Positions 32,750 through 44,900 of a stretch of DNA of 64,000 bases are shown one piece after another (within the stretch, counting starts at the first letter, position 1; every line of letters begins with the position of its first letter). This stretch comes from Yuukianura sp. NJ FZ-2021 (Eukaryota), in assembly GCA_046563655.1 (NCBI GenBank), contig CM102285.1, forward strand, positions 13,640,001 through 13,704,000, written 5' to 3'. Position numbers and translations under genes: made by a program. The notes under the pieces were generated by a model. That model saw nothing but the letters and a program-made list of their open reading frames with translations. It searched no databases and was not told where the DNA came from.

Positions 32750-35700
32750 CTAGTCATCTTCTTCTTTTGTGCCAGCTTGACCTCTGGCGTAACTTCCAAG
32801 CAGTTGTGTAAGTCTTCCGGTTCCAACTCGGTACGCCTCTAACTCAAATCCGATTCGAGCAATTTCCATTTTCTTAAAGATGTCACTCAGGTCAAGGTCA
32901 TCTCCAGGCAAGTGGTAGTGCAGGTAGCAAACAGATTTATCAAACAGGGCAGCACCTAGCCAATCAAAAAGCTGCTAGATCTCAAAGGTCAAAGGTAGAG
33001 GTCAAAGGTCAATTTTTTTTTGAATTTACGCGGGAAGCTGTCTTCCATGTACTCCATAATAGGATCCAGTTCCTGTTCCCAGAGTTCATCTTCTGCTCCG
33101 GAAGAAGCCGAAAGTCGACTAGATCCAGAAGATGTTGATGCTGACCGTGACCCACCATCAGTCGCTTGTCCATCGGAGGATTGTCCCGGTGGGGCCCTGG
33201 TCAAGTACTTTTTGCGTGGCTGTTTAAGTGATGCTGCCTTTTCTGTATCAGATCCACTTATAACAATGGCGGGAATCGCTGGTCCGGTTTGTTTTGGATC
33301 TTGAGAGGCTTGGCCCTGAGTACTTTCCTGGCGACCTTGAGGCTCATCACTCTCAGTTTCAAAAGTTTCCGAGTCGTCAGGATGAGAATAATGGTACACA
33401 ATCCCTTTCTATTTTCAGAAACACACAAATATCTATGCTAGGTCTAATTTTGGACGAGGTCATTCAAGGTCAAACTGCTCGGCTCAAGGTCATTGACCTT
33501 CAACTTGCCTTGTTATAGAAGCTACAGTCTTCTGGTACCAGTTGAATGATAATCGTCACGCCGTTGCTGTAATTCGTCATCAAAAAATCAGGAGATCCCA
33601 TGCACGCCAACTTTCCATCAATCAGCAAAGCAATTCTGTGGCAAAACGATACAGCCAGCTCCATACTGAACAAAAATTGATTAATTTAGATTAGTTATTT
33701 AACGATAATTAACACTTTAAGTTTAAATTTTAAGTTTATACTTGGAGCTAGACAGCACAATTGTCGTGGTAGTGCGTTTCTGCAACAGCATTTTGATCAT
33801 TTGGTCTCTCGATTCTGGATCGACTTCATGAAACGGTTCTTCCAGAACCAGAACTCTTGGATTTCCGATCAAAGCTAACGCAAACGACAATTTCCGACGA
33901 CTGCCGAGATCATAGTGCAGCACTAGTTTGTCCAGAATTTGGTCCAGACTGAGTCCGTTAGACAGGATTCTGATCAATTCCTTCAAGCGCTGGCGGGAAA
34001 TTCCCTTAACTGTACCGATCAGCATAAAGGTTTCACGTCCAGTCAGCTCCAGCAGCAACATATGTTGTTTTGGACAGCAAGCAACTTGAGTAATGTACTG
34101 GAAATAAAAAAAGTCAAGGTTTGTTGACTTTGATTTTCTTTAACAGGTTGGGTAATACTTCATGTTATTTCGATTTTGCAACTTTTCATTTCAGTGAATT
34201 GTACAGTCATAATAATACAGCCAAGTTTTTTAAATTTTGTATAAGAATTGGTACGCATTTTTCCGTTTGGTACAATTATTGGTACCAATTTTTTTTTTCA
34301 TTTTTCTGGCAACAAGCGAGGTAGTACTCAACCTGTTAAAGAAAACTAACTTTTCGTTGTCAAGGAACCTTGAGAAAAGGGATCTTGACCTTTGACCTTA
34401 CCTTGCTATAAGTCTTGTTCAAACTCATGTCTCCAATGGTGACATCCCCAAACGTAGGATGCAACAACCCGGCGACAATTCTGACAACACTGGACTGTCC
34501 CGAGCCTTCGTTCCCAATGAATCCGAAACTCTGATTTTTCAATATTCCGAGCGACAAGTGATCAAGAACCGTCCGATCGCCAACTTGCTTGGTTAAGTCA
34601 CTAGAAGGTCAAAGGTCAAAATGAAAAATTTGAATTTTAAATTTTGGAAATTGAAATCTCACTTTATGAAAACTTCACAACCGACGCTTTGGGCATCCTG
34701 ACTTTGGAATCTCACGAGGTCAAAGTCAGGATCTACTTTCACTTTCGATTCGTTCACGACAGGATGAACTTGAACTTGTTTTACTCTTCGTGCTTTCCAG
34801 CGTTGTTTAACGTTTTTGACTCTAATGACCAATGAGCGATAAGTAGACGATTCCAGAATGAAGATCAAGATGAAAAAGAACGCAGCTTCCGACAACAGCC
34901 GAAGTTCCGGCTCCAGTAATCCGAATCGTCCAAAACTTTGAAAATTTCCTTTTTCCACTACAATTTCAAATTGAAAAGGCATAACTTTTCCAAAAATTTG
35001 AAAAAGTTTTTGTTTTTAAGCATACCGTCGCAGCATGGATGACTGTTAGGGTTACGGCGACAAAGTGCCTGAATGTTCTTCACTTTTTCACACTGTGATC
35101 CGTAAATGCTGATGATTGAAGCGCGGTGCATAGCAATAGCCAGCGCATGTCCTGGAAGAAATTCCAGAAATTGGTTGACACTTCGCAGCCATTTACGAGT
35201 AGAATCTTGTTCGTCGTAGAGTTCATCAGTCAAAAATGACAAAAGTATCCAGGGAATTGGACCTGAAAATTCAAAATTTCAAAATTTAGTTAAAAACTTT
35301 TTGAAAACTTCAAAAATGTGAGTATTGAAGGTCATGAAGATACCGAAAACAAAGGCGATGGTCCACATGTAGAAGAACGTCGTACGAACGTTTTTGACCA
35401 CAAAAGGAATGAAACTGAGCAAGCAAATGAGCGAAATTGCGCAGACGCCGTAGCACATAAAAATCGTAAACGACGCAAGTAGCATTGGAAAATTGTCGTA
35501 TCCGACTACTCCAAAAGCGTAGTACGTCGGACCAACTACAAGCGCCATCACACAAAACACGGACAGGCTGACCGCGAGTTTTGAAAGCCAAAAGAGGTAA
35601 ATGTTGACTCCACAAGTTTTGAGTAACGTTTTGAAACGTTTTTCGGCTGACAATTGGAGTGCACCAGCGTTCGATAAGTACATCATTGTAGCCCATGCTA

Positions 35701-38700
35701 GAGCAGTAGCTGGAGGTCAAAGGTCAAGGTCAAAAGTTGGCTTTTTAAAACTTTTTAGTGAACAAGGTTCCTTGACAACGAAGTTAATTTTCTTTAACAG
35801 GTTGAGTACTACCTCGCTTGATGACAAAAAATGAAAAAAAGAAAAAAAAATTGGTACCAATTCATATGTAAAATTTAAAAAATTGACTGTATTGTTATGA
35901 ATACGATTCCCTGAAATAAAAAGTTGCAAAATCGTTAAAGCATGAGGTATTACCCAATCTGTTAAAAAATCGAAGTCAACAAACCTTGTTAGTGAAGATG
36001 CTGATATTTTTAGGAAACTTGCCTGGAAATGGTTCTGGGCCCAAAAAACTTCGAGCAATTCTAAGCCGATTTCTGACTGTGTATGGCAGTGGATGATTGA
36101 TTACCCGGATTTCGTGTTCGGGTTTTTCCGGAGGAACTGGCGGGAAAGTTGCAGCGCGCATTCGATTGTAAATCAGTTTAGTAAAAAACCGAGATGCTGC
36201 TCCAAGAACATGAAGTGGTTGATTGTCAAAATACAGAACAACATCGTTTTCAAAATGAGTAAATTTGACATCAGCAGCAAAGTAGTAGTCAAGGTCTTGA
36301 GCCGTCACCGTTTGGTAATACTAAACACGTAAAAACTGAAATTTTGAACTCTTTTTGGAAATTTTGAAAACGTACGTGACCCAGAAGTTGATCGTCCATT
36401 GGCAGTGACGTGGCATTGTCAACATGTAGTCCCATGTCACTCAGAGCTTTTCTCACAGAGCGACAAAAATCTGTATGCAGCTTAAAATCGTCTCGACATT
36501 TGAACAGAACGCGCGGATTTTCTAAATTTTGAAAATTGAGATCCACGCTTCCAATTGGTTCCAATTTGGAAAATCCCAATGTCTCCAGACAAATCGGCCC
36601 AAGAAGAGCAAAGAACATGCTAATACACAACTGGAAATTTTAAAAAATCATGAATTTTTGAAATGATCACAAAATTTGAGAAATTTTCTTACTGGAAAAA
36701 CGTTCCACTTCCAGCGACGCATCAAAAATTTGAAATTGGCTACAGTGTGTAACATAAACTGACGTAGAAGGTTGACACATTTTCGTTCCGGTTTGTGTTC
36801 CAAAAAATCTTGTTGTTTCGTCTTAGCGGGAAACATGAGTTTCATAAACAGTGCGATTTTTTTCCAGTGAGTACTGAACGATTTCGTTTTCAAATCAACG
36901 TCATGTATCGTCAGTTTCGTAATTTTCTTCAAAATTTCCTCAAATGGGACAAAACTAATGTTCATTTCTTTGATTCCCAGGGAGGCTTTTTTCAATTGAA
37001 GGCGTTCAAAGTACGACGGAAAAAATGGAGTACATTCATCCGGTAGCAGGAGAATGACTTCTTGGTATCCACTGTACAGCACCTTTGATCTGGGTACCAT
37101 TGCGTTTGTAATGGCTATAAGTTCTTCTGGATCGGATTTTGGATCTGTCGTTAGTTCCAGTTGGTACCCTCCATCTAGCACCAAAGTTAGGTTAAAACTA
37201 ACAATTTCCGAGGGATTCCGAACGAATTCGGGTTATCGGGGGAAATTTAAAAGAAAAAGCCAATGTTTTTGATGCTCGAAATTTACCGAAAGTAGTTTTG
37301 ATGAAAGCAGGAGTTCCGCGGACGTAGACTTCGCCGTTGATGAGTGCGAGGACGCGGTCTCCGACGTAACTTGCCTCTTCGGTGTCTTTTGTAAACAAGA
37401 GTATTGTGCGCATGGAGCGCTCGCTGTCGAAAAATCGCCACGCAGTTCGTTTCATAGTTACATCCATACCTGCCGTAGGTTCATCCAGTAAGACAATCTG
37501 CAGGTCAAAGGTCAAAGGTCAACGGCAAAAAATTTAAATTATGTTTGTTATGTCAAGTTTTTTTTTTTAGTTTTTTAGGTTTAGTTCAGCCGCTATGCGA
37601 AGTAACCGGCGTAGACTGTGTATTTTAACTGTGTAAAATTTCTCAAAAACCGTTTTCAAAATTTGACCGCTACGTCTACCAAAAAAGGTTTTGCAATTTT
37701 TTTGTAGTTTTGCTGACCTTTGACCCACTTGCAAAAGCAATTCCGATGTGCACAAATCGTTTTTGACCGGGAGACAAGTCCTTGGCGCGTACTTTTCGAA
37801 TGTCTTCCAAATCCAATCCAATGATCAAATTTTCAATTTCTTCATACGCATCTGCTGCAATGACGACTCCTTTCAATTGCACAAAAAAACTAAAGTGTTC
37901 TTCTACTGTTAAATACTCATAAAGAGCATCAACTTGAGGACACAAGCCAATGTTAGATCTTGCATAACCCATGAAGTTCATCAGGTTTCGTTTTTTCAAA
38001 AACACTGCACCACTGGTCACAGGGAGCAAGCCTTTTTCAAAAAAAAGTCTCAAAATGTTCAGAATTCCCTAAAATTTCAAAATTTCAGTTGATTTTACCA
38101 GCACAAACGTAGCAGAACGCAGTTTTTCCGGATTTCGGTGCACCCAGAACGGCCACAATTTCACCAGATAAACAACGCAAGTTGATTTTGAAAATTCCAA
38201 TGTCACCGCCATGCAAAGCTCTTGTCGCCTTGTTCAAAATTATTTCAACTCCTCGATCTTTCTTTCTCGGATTTCTTTCAAAAAATTTCTCATGTGTTTC
38301 TTCCATCGTTCGAACCGGAGCTGGCGTCGTGGTCGGTTTTATTTTGGGCAGCATTTGCTCATTTCTCCAAAATCGTCCCTGGAACAACCAAAACTGTTCA
38401 AAATTTTGAAATTCTTTTTTAGAAATTTTGAAAAACCGAGAGAAAGAAGAGTAGTGGCATGGGTTCCTCGCGGGCATTGGAAGTTGGTGAAACTCTTTCC
38501 ATGTACATGGCAAGTAGAATGGAGAGGAGACTGCTGGTGTTGAGACAAACAATGACATGACCTAGGTCAAACCTCTCTGTGAGAAAAGTGTCCATTGAAA
38601 CTCCCTTTGAGTTTGTTTCGGAATTGAAGATGACTTGGAATCCATAACTTAAGGCGAGATTTGATGAGAGACAGTAAATAGTTGCTGCGAGGAGTGAAAA

Positions 38701-40870
38701 ATATTGGTCATTTGGACGTGGAATGTTCGGAGCTATGTCGTAGTCAACACGAACTGAAGGTAGGTAGCTTAGAAACCAAACGGCTACGGCAATTGCACTA
38801 GCAGTTTGTGCTAAACATTCAAAAAAAAAGTCAACGTACAAAATTTCGGAGTAAATTTCAAAGTTTTTCAAAATTTACCTTTGTAGAAAAATGTGGAAAA
38901 GAGGCAGCTTGTACAAATGCAGTTGAAAACGTAAGTGAGTAAAAAGAAGTAGATGGCTCCTGTAGTGGATTTGTTAATTACAGCGCGATTGTTGGCCCAT
39001 GGTCCCTGAAATTCAAAATTTGAAAAAAATAAGGTTTTTTGGAAAAGAATTTGAATTTTGAAAAATAAATTGTGAATTTTGAAATTTTGGTGTCCTTTTA
39101 CCGTAAGACCATAAGCAATCGGAATGAGAGCAAGAGCGTGGAGCACCATTCTGTAGGTGACCCAAGTAAGCCACTGTTTCCATGGTGACACGTTGTAGTA
39201 CTCCAGAAATCCCTGAACATGGACACATCATGTTACAAATGTCACCTCATTTTACACGATTACCGTAAATTTCCAAATAGAAGTCACTACATATACACCC
39301 CCTACAAGGCAGTTCCAGAAGTCCAGAGCCTAGGCTTAACTCCAAAGTCCAGAACTTAAGAAGTTCTGCGAACCTTATACAAGTTAAGGCTCTATTTGGA
39401 GAATTACGGTAAATTAAAGCACTTATACCTTCATGCCCACTTCCTTTTCTTTGACGAGAAGCCAAGTATTTCCAGAGAAGAGAACCGCATAGGAGAGTGT
39501 CAAGATAAACGGAAGCCATTTTGTAACTACTCCCATAAGATTCACATGCTGATGCGGTGGATACGGAAATCTTTGAAAGTGCGGGAAAACATGAAAATCA
39601 CTGCAGACGTCACGTGGTAGTTGACCATTGTTGGGAAGATCAGCATAGATGAGACGCAAAAGAAGACAGTCAATTTTATGTTGTAGATACAGAAATCCTT
39701 CACTGTAGTAACCTTAGCGTGGTAAAAGCAAAATTTAAAAATCGATTTTTGAAATTTTGAAAGTTTTTGAAATTGCGGCAAAACCTGGACTTCCACCGGT
39801 ATTGTCAAATCGATTTCTCGGTCCAATTTTCATTCCTGAAGGATACACTCGTTGAGGCTGCCATGTTGAAATTATTGGACTTTTTTTAAACGAAAATTCT
39901 GTCCTCTCATCTTTTGGAACAGCGGGAAGGCGCAGTTCATACTGGAATTTCAAAAAATCGTTTTTTCTTTGAAAAATCGCGGAGCAAAATGCTGATCGCT
40001 GATTGGCTGAAATCACCTCAATCATATTTGGAAGAGGATCGGTGCGATTGGCTGGCAGATTTTTGAAATTGATCACTGCACAAAGACTTCCGTCATTCAG
40101 TCTCTCTTCAAAATCAACTGTAGTCGAATCTAAAAACGAAAATTGGGGTCAAAGGTCACAGGTCAAAAATCAGAGTACAAAGGTCAATGAACTCAAAAAT
40201 TACAGGAGTACTGGGCAGAGTACGTGTCTCTTCTGTCATTGGTCAGGTCACTGATTATGTCATCTACATAAGCACTCGTCTTTGGAATATAAATCACTTT
40301 GCTAAAAATTCAAGCCAAACTTAATAAAATTGGCAGATTTTGAAAAAGAAAAGTTTGACCTTTGACCTCGAAATTTGTTACCAGCTTTTCAAAGCGACCG
40401 GGTCATAGCCAAAAGGCGAGTAGATGATTGGCTTAGGATCGTTGTCCAGTTCCAGTGTGGCTGTGTAGATGTATGTAATGAATACGGCTACCATTGGAAC
40501 TAAAACTTCAATTCCCGCCAAAATTTTATAGCTCCAAATCATTTTCATGCATTTGCACATCAGTAGACTGAATTGCACTGCCAGGCTGATGCGACGCCTT
40601 TCACTAATTGGACAAAGTAGATCGTTTCAAAATTACAAAATTTCAAAAATTCCTTAACAGAAAAGAGCCCTAGGAGATTAATTACTTTGAAACTTACTGA
40701 TGATGCGGAACTGCAGTGGACTCCACTTCGCGCAAGCGTTTCGGAAGGTTTCGTAGCATGTCAGTACCGTCATCATCCGATGACGAGTCGACTTCACTCT
40801 CAGCATCATCTTTGTCTTCCGTTGGAAGGCCGACGCTCGATTTCCTACGAACAGTTTTCGAATCTCCCAT
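32750..40870 (-). CDS. Full-size ABCA-subfamily transporter, divergent, many exons, degenerate ATPase motifs
   Basis: TMD-NBD-TMD-NBD layout with PGYYSEGFLYLQ, LVKEKEVGMK, GAPKSGKT, IGLCPQ, LSPGQKR, LLDEPTAGMD, VINHPLP, RRKLSFALALIGNPRVLVLEEP and R-domain LSDIFKKME; TAG at 32750. Confidence 0.88.
34115..34372 (-). mobile_element. MITE family A, copy 1 (ABCA intron)
   Basis: CAAGG...CCTTG termini and subterminal inverted repeat TTTCTTTAACAGGTTG/CAACCTGTTAAAGAAA. Reverse orientation relative to copies 2 and 3; TSD degenerate (6/8). Confidence 0.85.
35763..35988 (+). mobile_element. MITE family A, copy 2 (ABCA intron)
   Basis: CAAGGTT...AACCTTG termini; perfect 8-bp TSD TTAGTGAA (35755-35762 and 35989-35996). 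Confidence 0.9.
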
Positions 40871-41984
40871 TTTTTGAAAAAAAAAAAAAAACGTTTCTTT
40901 GAAAAAGTTTCGAAAAAGTTCAATCCAAACCACCACCACCGCGCACCAGACTGAAAAAGAATAATAATTATTCTTAATATAACGAAAATAATTATTATTT
41001 TCGTTTTGGAAATTCTGATTTTTGGTCGAATTTTTTTTTTACTACAAACAAAAATCGTTAGATTTGTGTTGAATTCGATTTTGTTTATGAAAACTACACA
41101 CCGTGACAACCTGTTTCGTTGACCTTTCCAGGTCATTTGCCCTCCTCTTCAAAAAGTGTCGTGTTGCTTTGCTATTTTGGTGTCGAATGTCCCGTGCTTG
41201 TCATCCGGAACGGATTTTTGGCGGGTGACATTTGAATTCTGGTGAGGAGTGGGTGATAAGGACCCAAAGTTATGGTTTGGATTTGGACTTGGAAAGAAAC
41301 AGGGAGCGAGCGAAGAGAGACTCAAAGTGGCATATGACAGGCGTCTCGAAAGTGCTTTCACTCCGCTTTCTCCCGACTACTTTCAAATGACTAGCTTCCA
41401 CAACCAGCCTCTGGACCATTTCGACTACAAAAAGGAAAAGAAAAGCAAAATCTCCTGCAGATCCAACAGTCAGTTCTTGTCTAACTCTGGACCAGACCAA
41501 ACCACTTTCTCTTTTGTCCACAAAAACAGACAGTACAGTCCAAAAGACAAAGAAAAGCCCACATACACAACTCTGTTTCTTACTTTCACTAGTGTTTTTG
41601 CACTTGTTTAACAAGAACAAAAAACTCCGAGTTTTTTTTTTCAGCTTAACCAAACTAAACCCAAAGTTGGTGAAATCCAAAAGTTATAAGTTTTACCTGT
41701 TGCCCTTATTTTTTTTTCTTGTGGAAATACTGAAATGTTTTTCTGACCGTCAGAAACTCCAAACTTTCTTCAATCTGTCAATCAATCCTGAACTTTCTCT
41801 TTTCGCCCCCACAAAAATTAACTCCTGTGGTTTCCAAGTGAAAAAGAAGTGAAAGCTTAAGACTTTCCGTTTTTTCCTAACTTTTATAATCTACTTCCGA
41901 AAAACTTCATAAAAGTCTAGTTTTTGAAAAGCTTTTGAAATTTTGACCTTTGACATTCAAGTGACAAAGAAAAGGTTAATCCTC

Positions 41985-44900
41985 ATGCCTCGTTCACGTC
42001 CTTTCTCGGTTCTAATCTTGGTGCGTTGCCTAGTAACGCCTCTATTGCTGCTTCACACGCATTCAGCCGAAAAAATTCCATTGGGTAACATTTTATTATT
42101 AACTTTCACCTTTTCATAAACTTACAAAAGAGTCAAGTTTTTTTCAAAATACTAACTAGCTATTTTCTCGGAAAGTCGATTTCAAAAATTTCTAAAGAAG
42201 TAAAATTCAAAAATCAGAAACTTTTATATAAAAAAAAATTAAAATTTTGAAATTGAGTACTGTTTGTAAATCTAAACTTTGAGATCGAGCAGGTACAGAC
42301 GCACTTCAAGAAACTGAACTGTCCATGTTTGGTTTATGAAAATTTAAAGCGGAAAACTCAATTGACGTCATTTTTAGGAATGTTTTTTAGTTCAGCAACT
42401 TTTTGTTTTTTGCGAATAATGCATTTTTCAACAATGTAACTTTCTCACTAATGTAACTCTTTAACTTTGCAAATTTGTAACAAGTGTAACTTTGTTGCAG
42501 ATCAACTTTGTAATTCCGCAATTGCATAAAAATTGACGCGTTTTATGACTCGGAAAAATAAAAAATGAAAGTAAAAGTAGAATATGTAAAGCATAATGGG
42601 TAGGGAACGATTTAAATTGGATTTTGAGCGAAGAAAGAAGAGGTAATGTATCACACTTAAATTTTTCAAAGTGAAACACTTTTGAAGTGTTAGGTTGAGT
42701 TGAGCTAAACAAATAACACTTGAAGTGAGACACCTTCCGACATCGTCACGCGCATATAAAAAGCGCAGCAGACTTAGGAGAAAGTTGGTTTTGTTGTAAA
42801 TTTCTTGCTCGTTTTCTCCCGCTTTTTCCTCTCCGTTATAATTTATCACTATTATGACTTTTGACGCTGAAGTTGGCGGATGAGCGACTCCGTGGGACTT
42901 TTTCAAAAGGCCTCCCGCTCTTTATTGACTGTGATCACTTTCTCCTGTCAGTTCAAGTGAAGGCTACGCCAGCACAAACTTCTTACGTTATAAGAAGAGA
43001 GCGTTCCAGAACCCAGGAGGCATTAAATCAGCTCATTCCTTTTCCCGCCAACTTCAACTTCAAAAGAATAATCAGTCAGGATTGGTTTAAGTAAAACAGT
43101 CATTGGCGGCTCCTCATATTTCATCTTTCTCAACAACCTAACTTAACATCCACCATAACCTAACAAACTGACGCCACACACAAGACTCTTAAACAAACTC
43201 GTTTATCATTCGTTTAAGAGCTTTTTTCATCCAAAACGCGCTTTTTTAGCTTCGCTTCACTTTTTTCGACTTTCACTCCTGCAGGCTCTGCCTACAAAAA
43301 AGAGCGCGAAAAAGCTTCTTTTAAAAAAGCACAGAAAGGAACAGGTTTTAGTCTAAGGTTGGGATTTTACGTTAAGTTAAAGCTCCGAGTATGTTTTAGA
43401 CTACCGAAGTTAGGCTAGGCTTGGTTTACATTAGGTTTATGTAATGGAAAAAAATTGGAGTCTCACTTTTCAAATTAAAGTCAGTTTTCTGCTTTCACGA
43501 AAGTCACCGCAAGGTAAAAGAGCAACACATTTACTTTCTCCTTGCTAGAAGAAAAATCTTTTCCCGCCATTTTCACTCCTGTGCTTCCTTAATCCTCTTT
43601 CAGTTTCAGCACAGCGGGAAAAGACAAATTAGGAAATTTTTTATACAAAACAAACTTTCCTTTTCATAAAAGTTTACTTTTTAAGAACAAACAACAAACT
43701 TATCACCCTAAATTGAAAAAATCTTTTGAAGAAAATGTAAAAAAAAAAAAACAATAATTTGGCAATTGGCACTCAGTGTGTCGAACTAACAAAAAAGAAC
43801 ATAACTTTCTCCAACTTTCACTCTAAATAAAATTTTTGGAGACAATTCGTTTATAAACATTTTTTTTGGAGATTTTTCAAAAAAAAAGAGAAAAACCGCT
43901 TGGGAAATAAAACCAAAGAAGAATTGACATTTCATCTGTTTGTTTTTGGATTTTGGAAAACCAGAGAAAGTGTTGGGCTTTGCGCAACAACAGACAAGAA
44001 AAATGGCACGGTTTAAGTTGTTCTCTTCTGAAAATCTACGAAAAGCTTAGAAAACTAGGAAAGTTTTTAGGAGAAAGCTAAAAGGAGGGAGGGGCTTCTT
44101 TGTCCTAAAAATCTCCTTGTTTATGCTTTCTTTTACTTTCTCCCTCTAATCTGTGGCACAGCCCTGCCAAAGTGTTTATGCTTCAAAGGAAACAGCAGCA
44201 GAGGAGGTGGGGAAACACATTGTTAATGTTTATCCTTAAACATATCCTTTCGGAAGAACTTTTTGAGTAAAAAAAGAGCGGGAAAAACGAGAGAAAGCTA
44301 AGGGCCCCCTCCCCTTTCTTTCATCTCTTTCTACTTTGAAAAAAAAAACGATTTGGAAGTCTAAACGCCTCCAATTTTTCTCTTTTTCATTTTTTCGTTC
44401 TGTTTTTAGGTGCAATATTTGAACAAGGCTCGACTCAAGTTCAAACAGCATTCAAGTATGCTCTGATGCTTCATCACACAGAAGAACGCAGATTCGAACT
44501 CACAGCTTTCGTCGATGTCATCAACACTGCCGATGCTTTCAAATTGTCACGAACCAGTAAGAAAAGCTTTTTCTGAACAAATTTTGATGAAACTTTAAAA
44601 ATTTAGTCCAATAAAAAAGTTTGAGTGAAAGCGGCTTGCCAAAGGAAAACAAGAACTGACGGGAGAGAGAAGAAAAAGAGAAAGGCGGCCTTTTTTCTTC
44701 GTCTTTTTCAATTTAGTACCAAAAATTGAAAATTTGGAACAAAGTTGAAAAGTTTTTGAGAAGATCTTTAGCCAAAAAAAGAAGCTGTAAGAATAAGAAA
44801 CACGTCTTCCGTCATAAACCATAAAATTTTCAATCTTTGACTCCTTCCTTTAGTGTTCATGGAGCATAACCCATAAAACTAGGAAAGTTCAAAAAATTTG

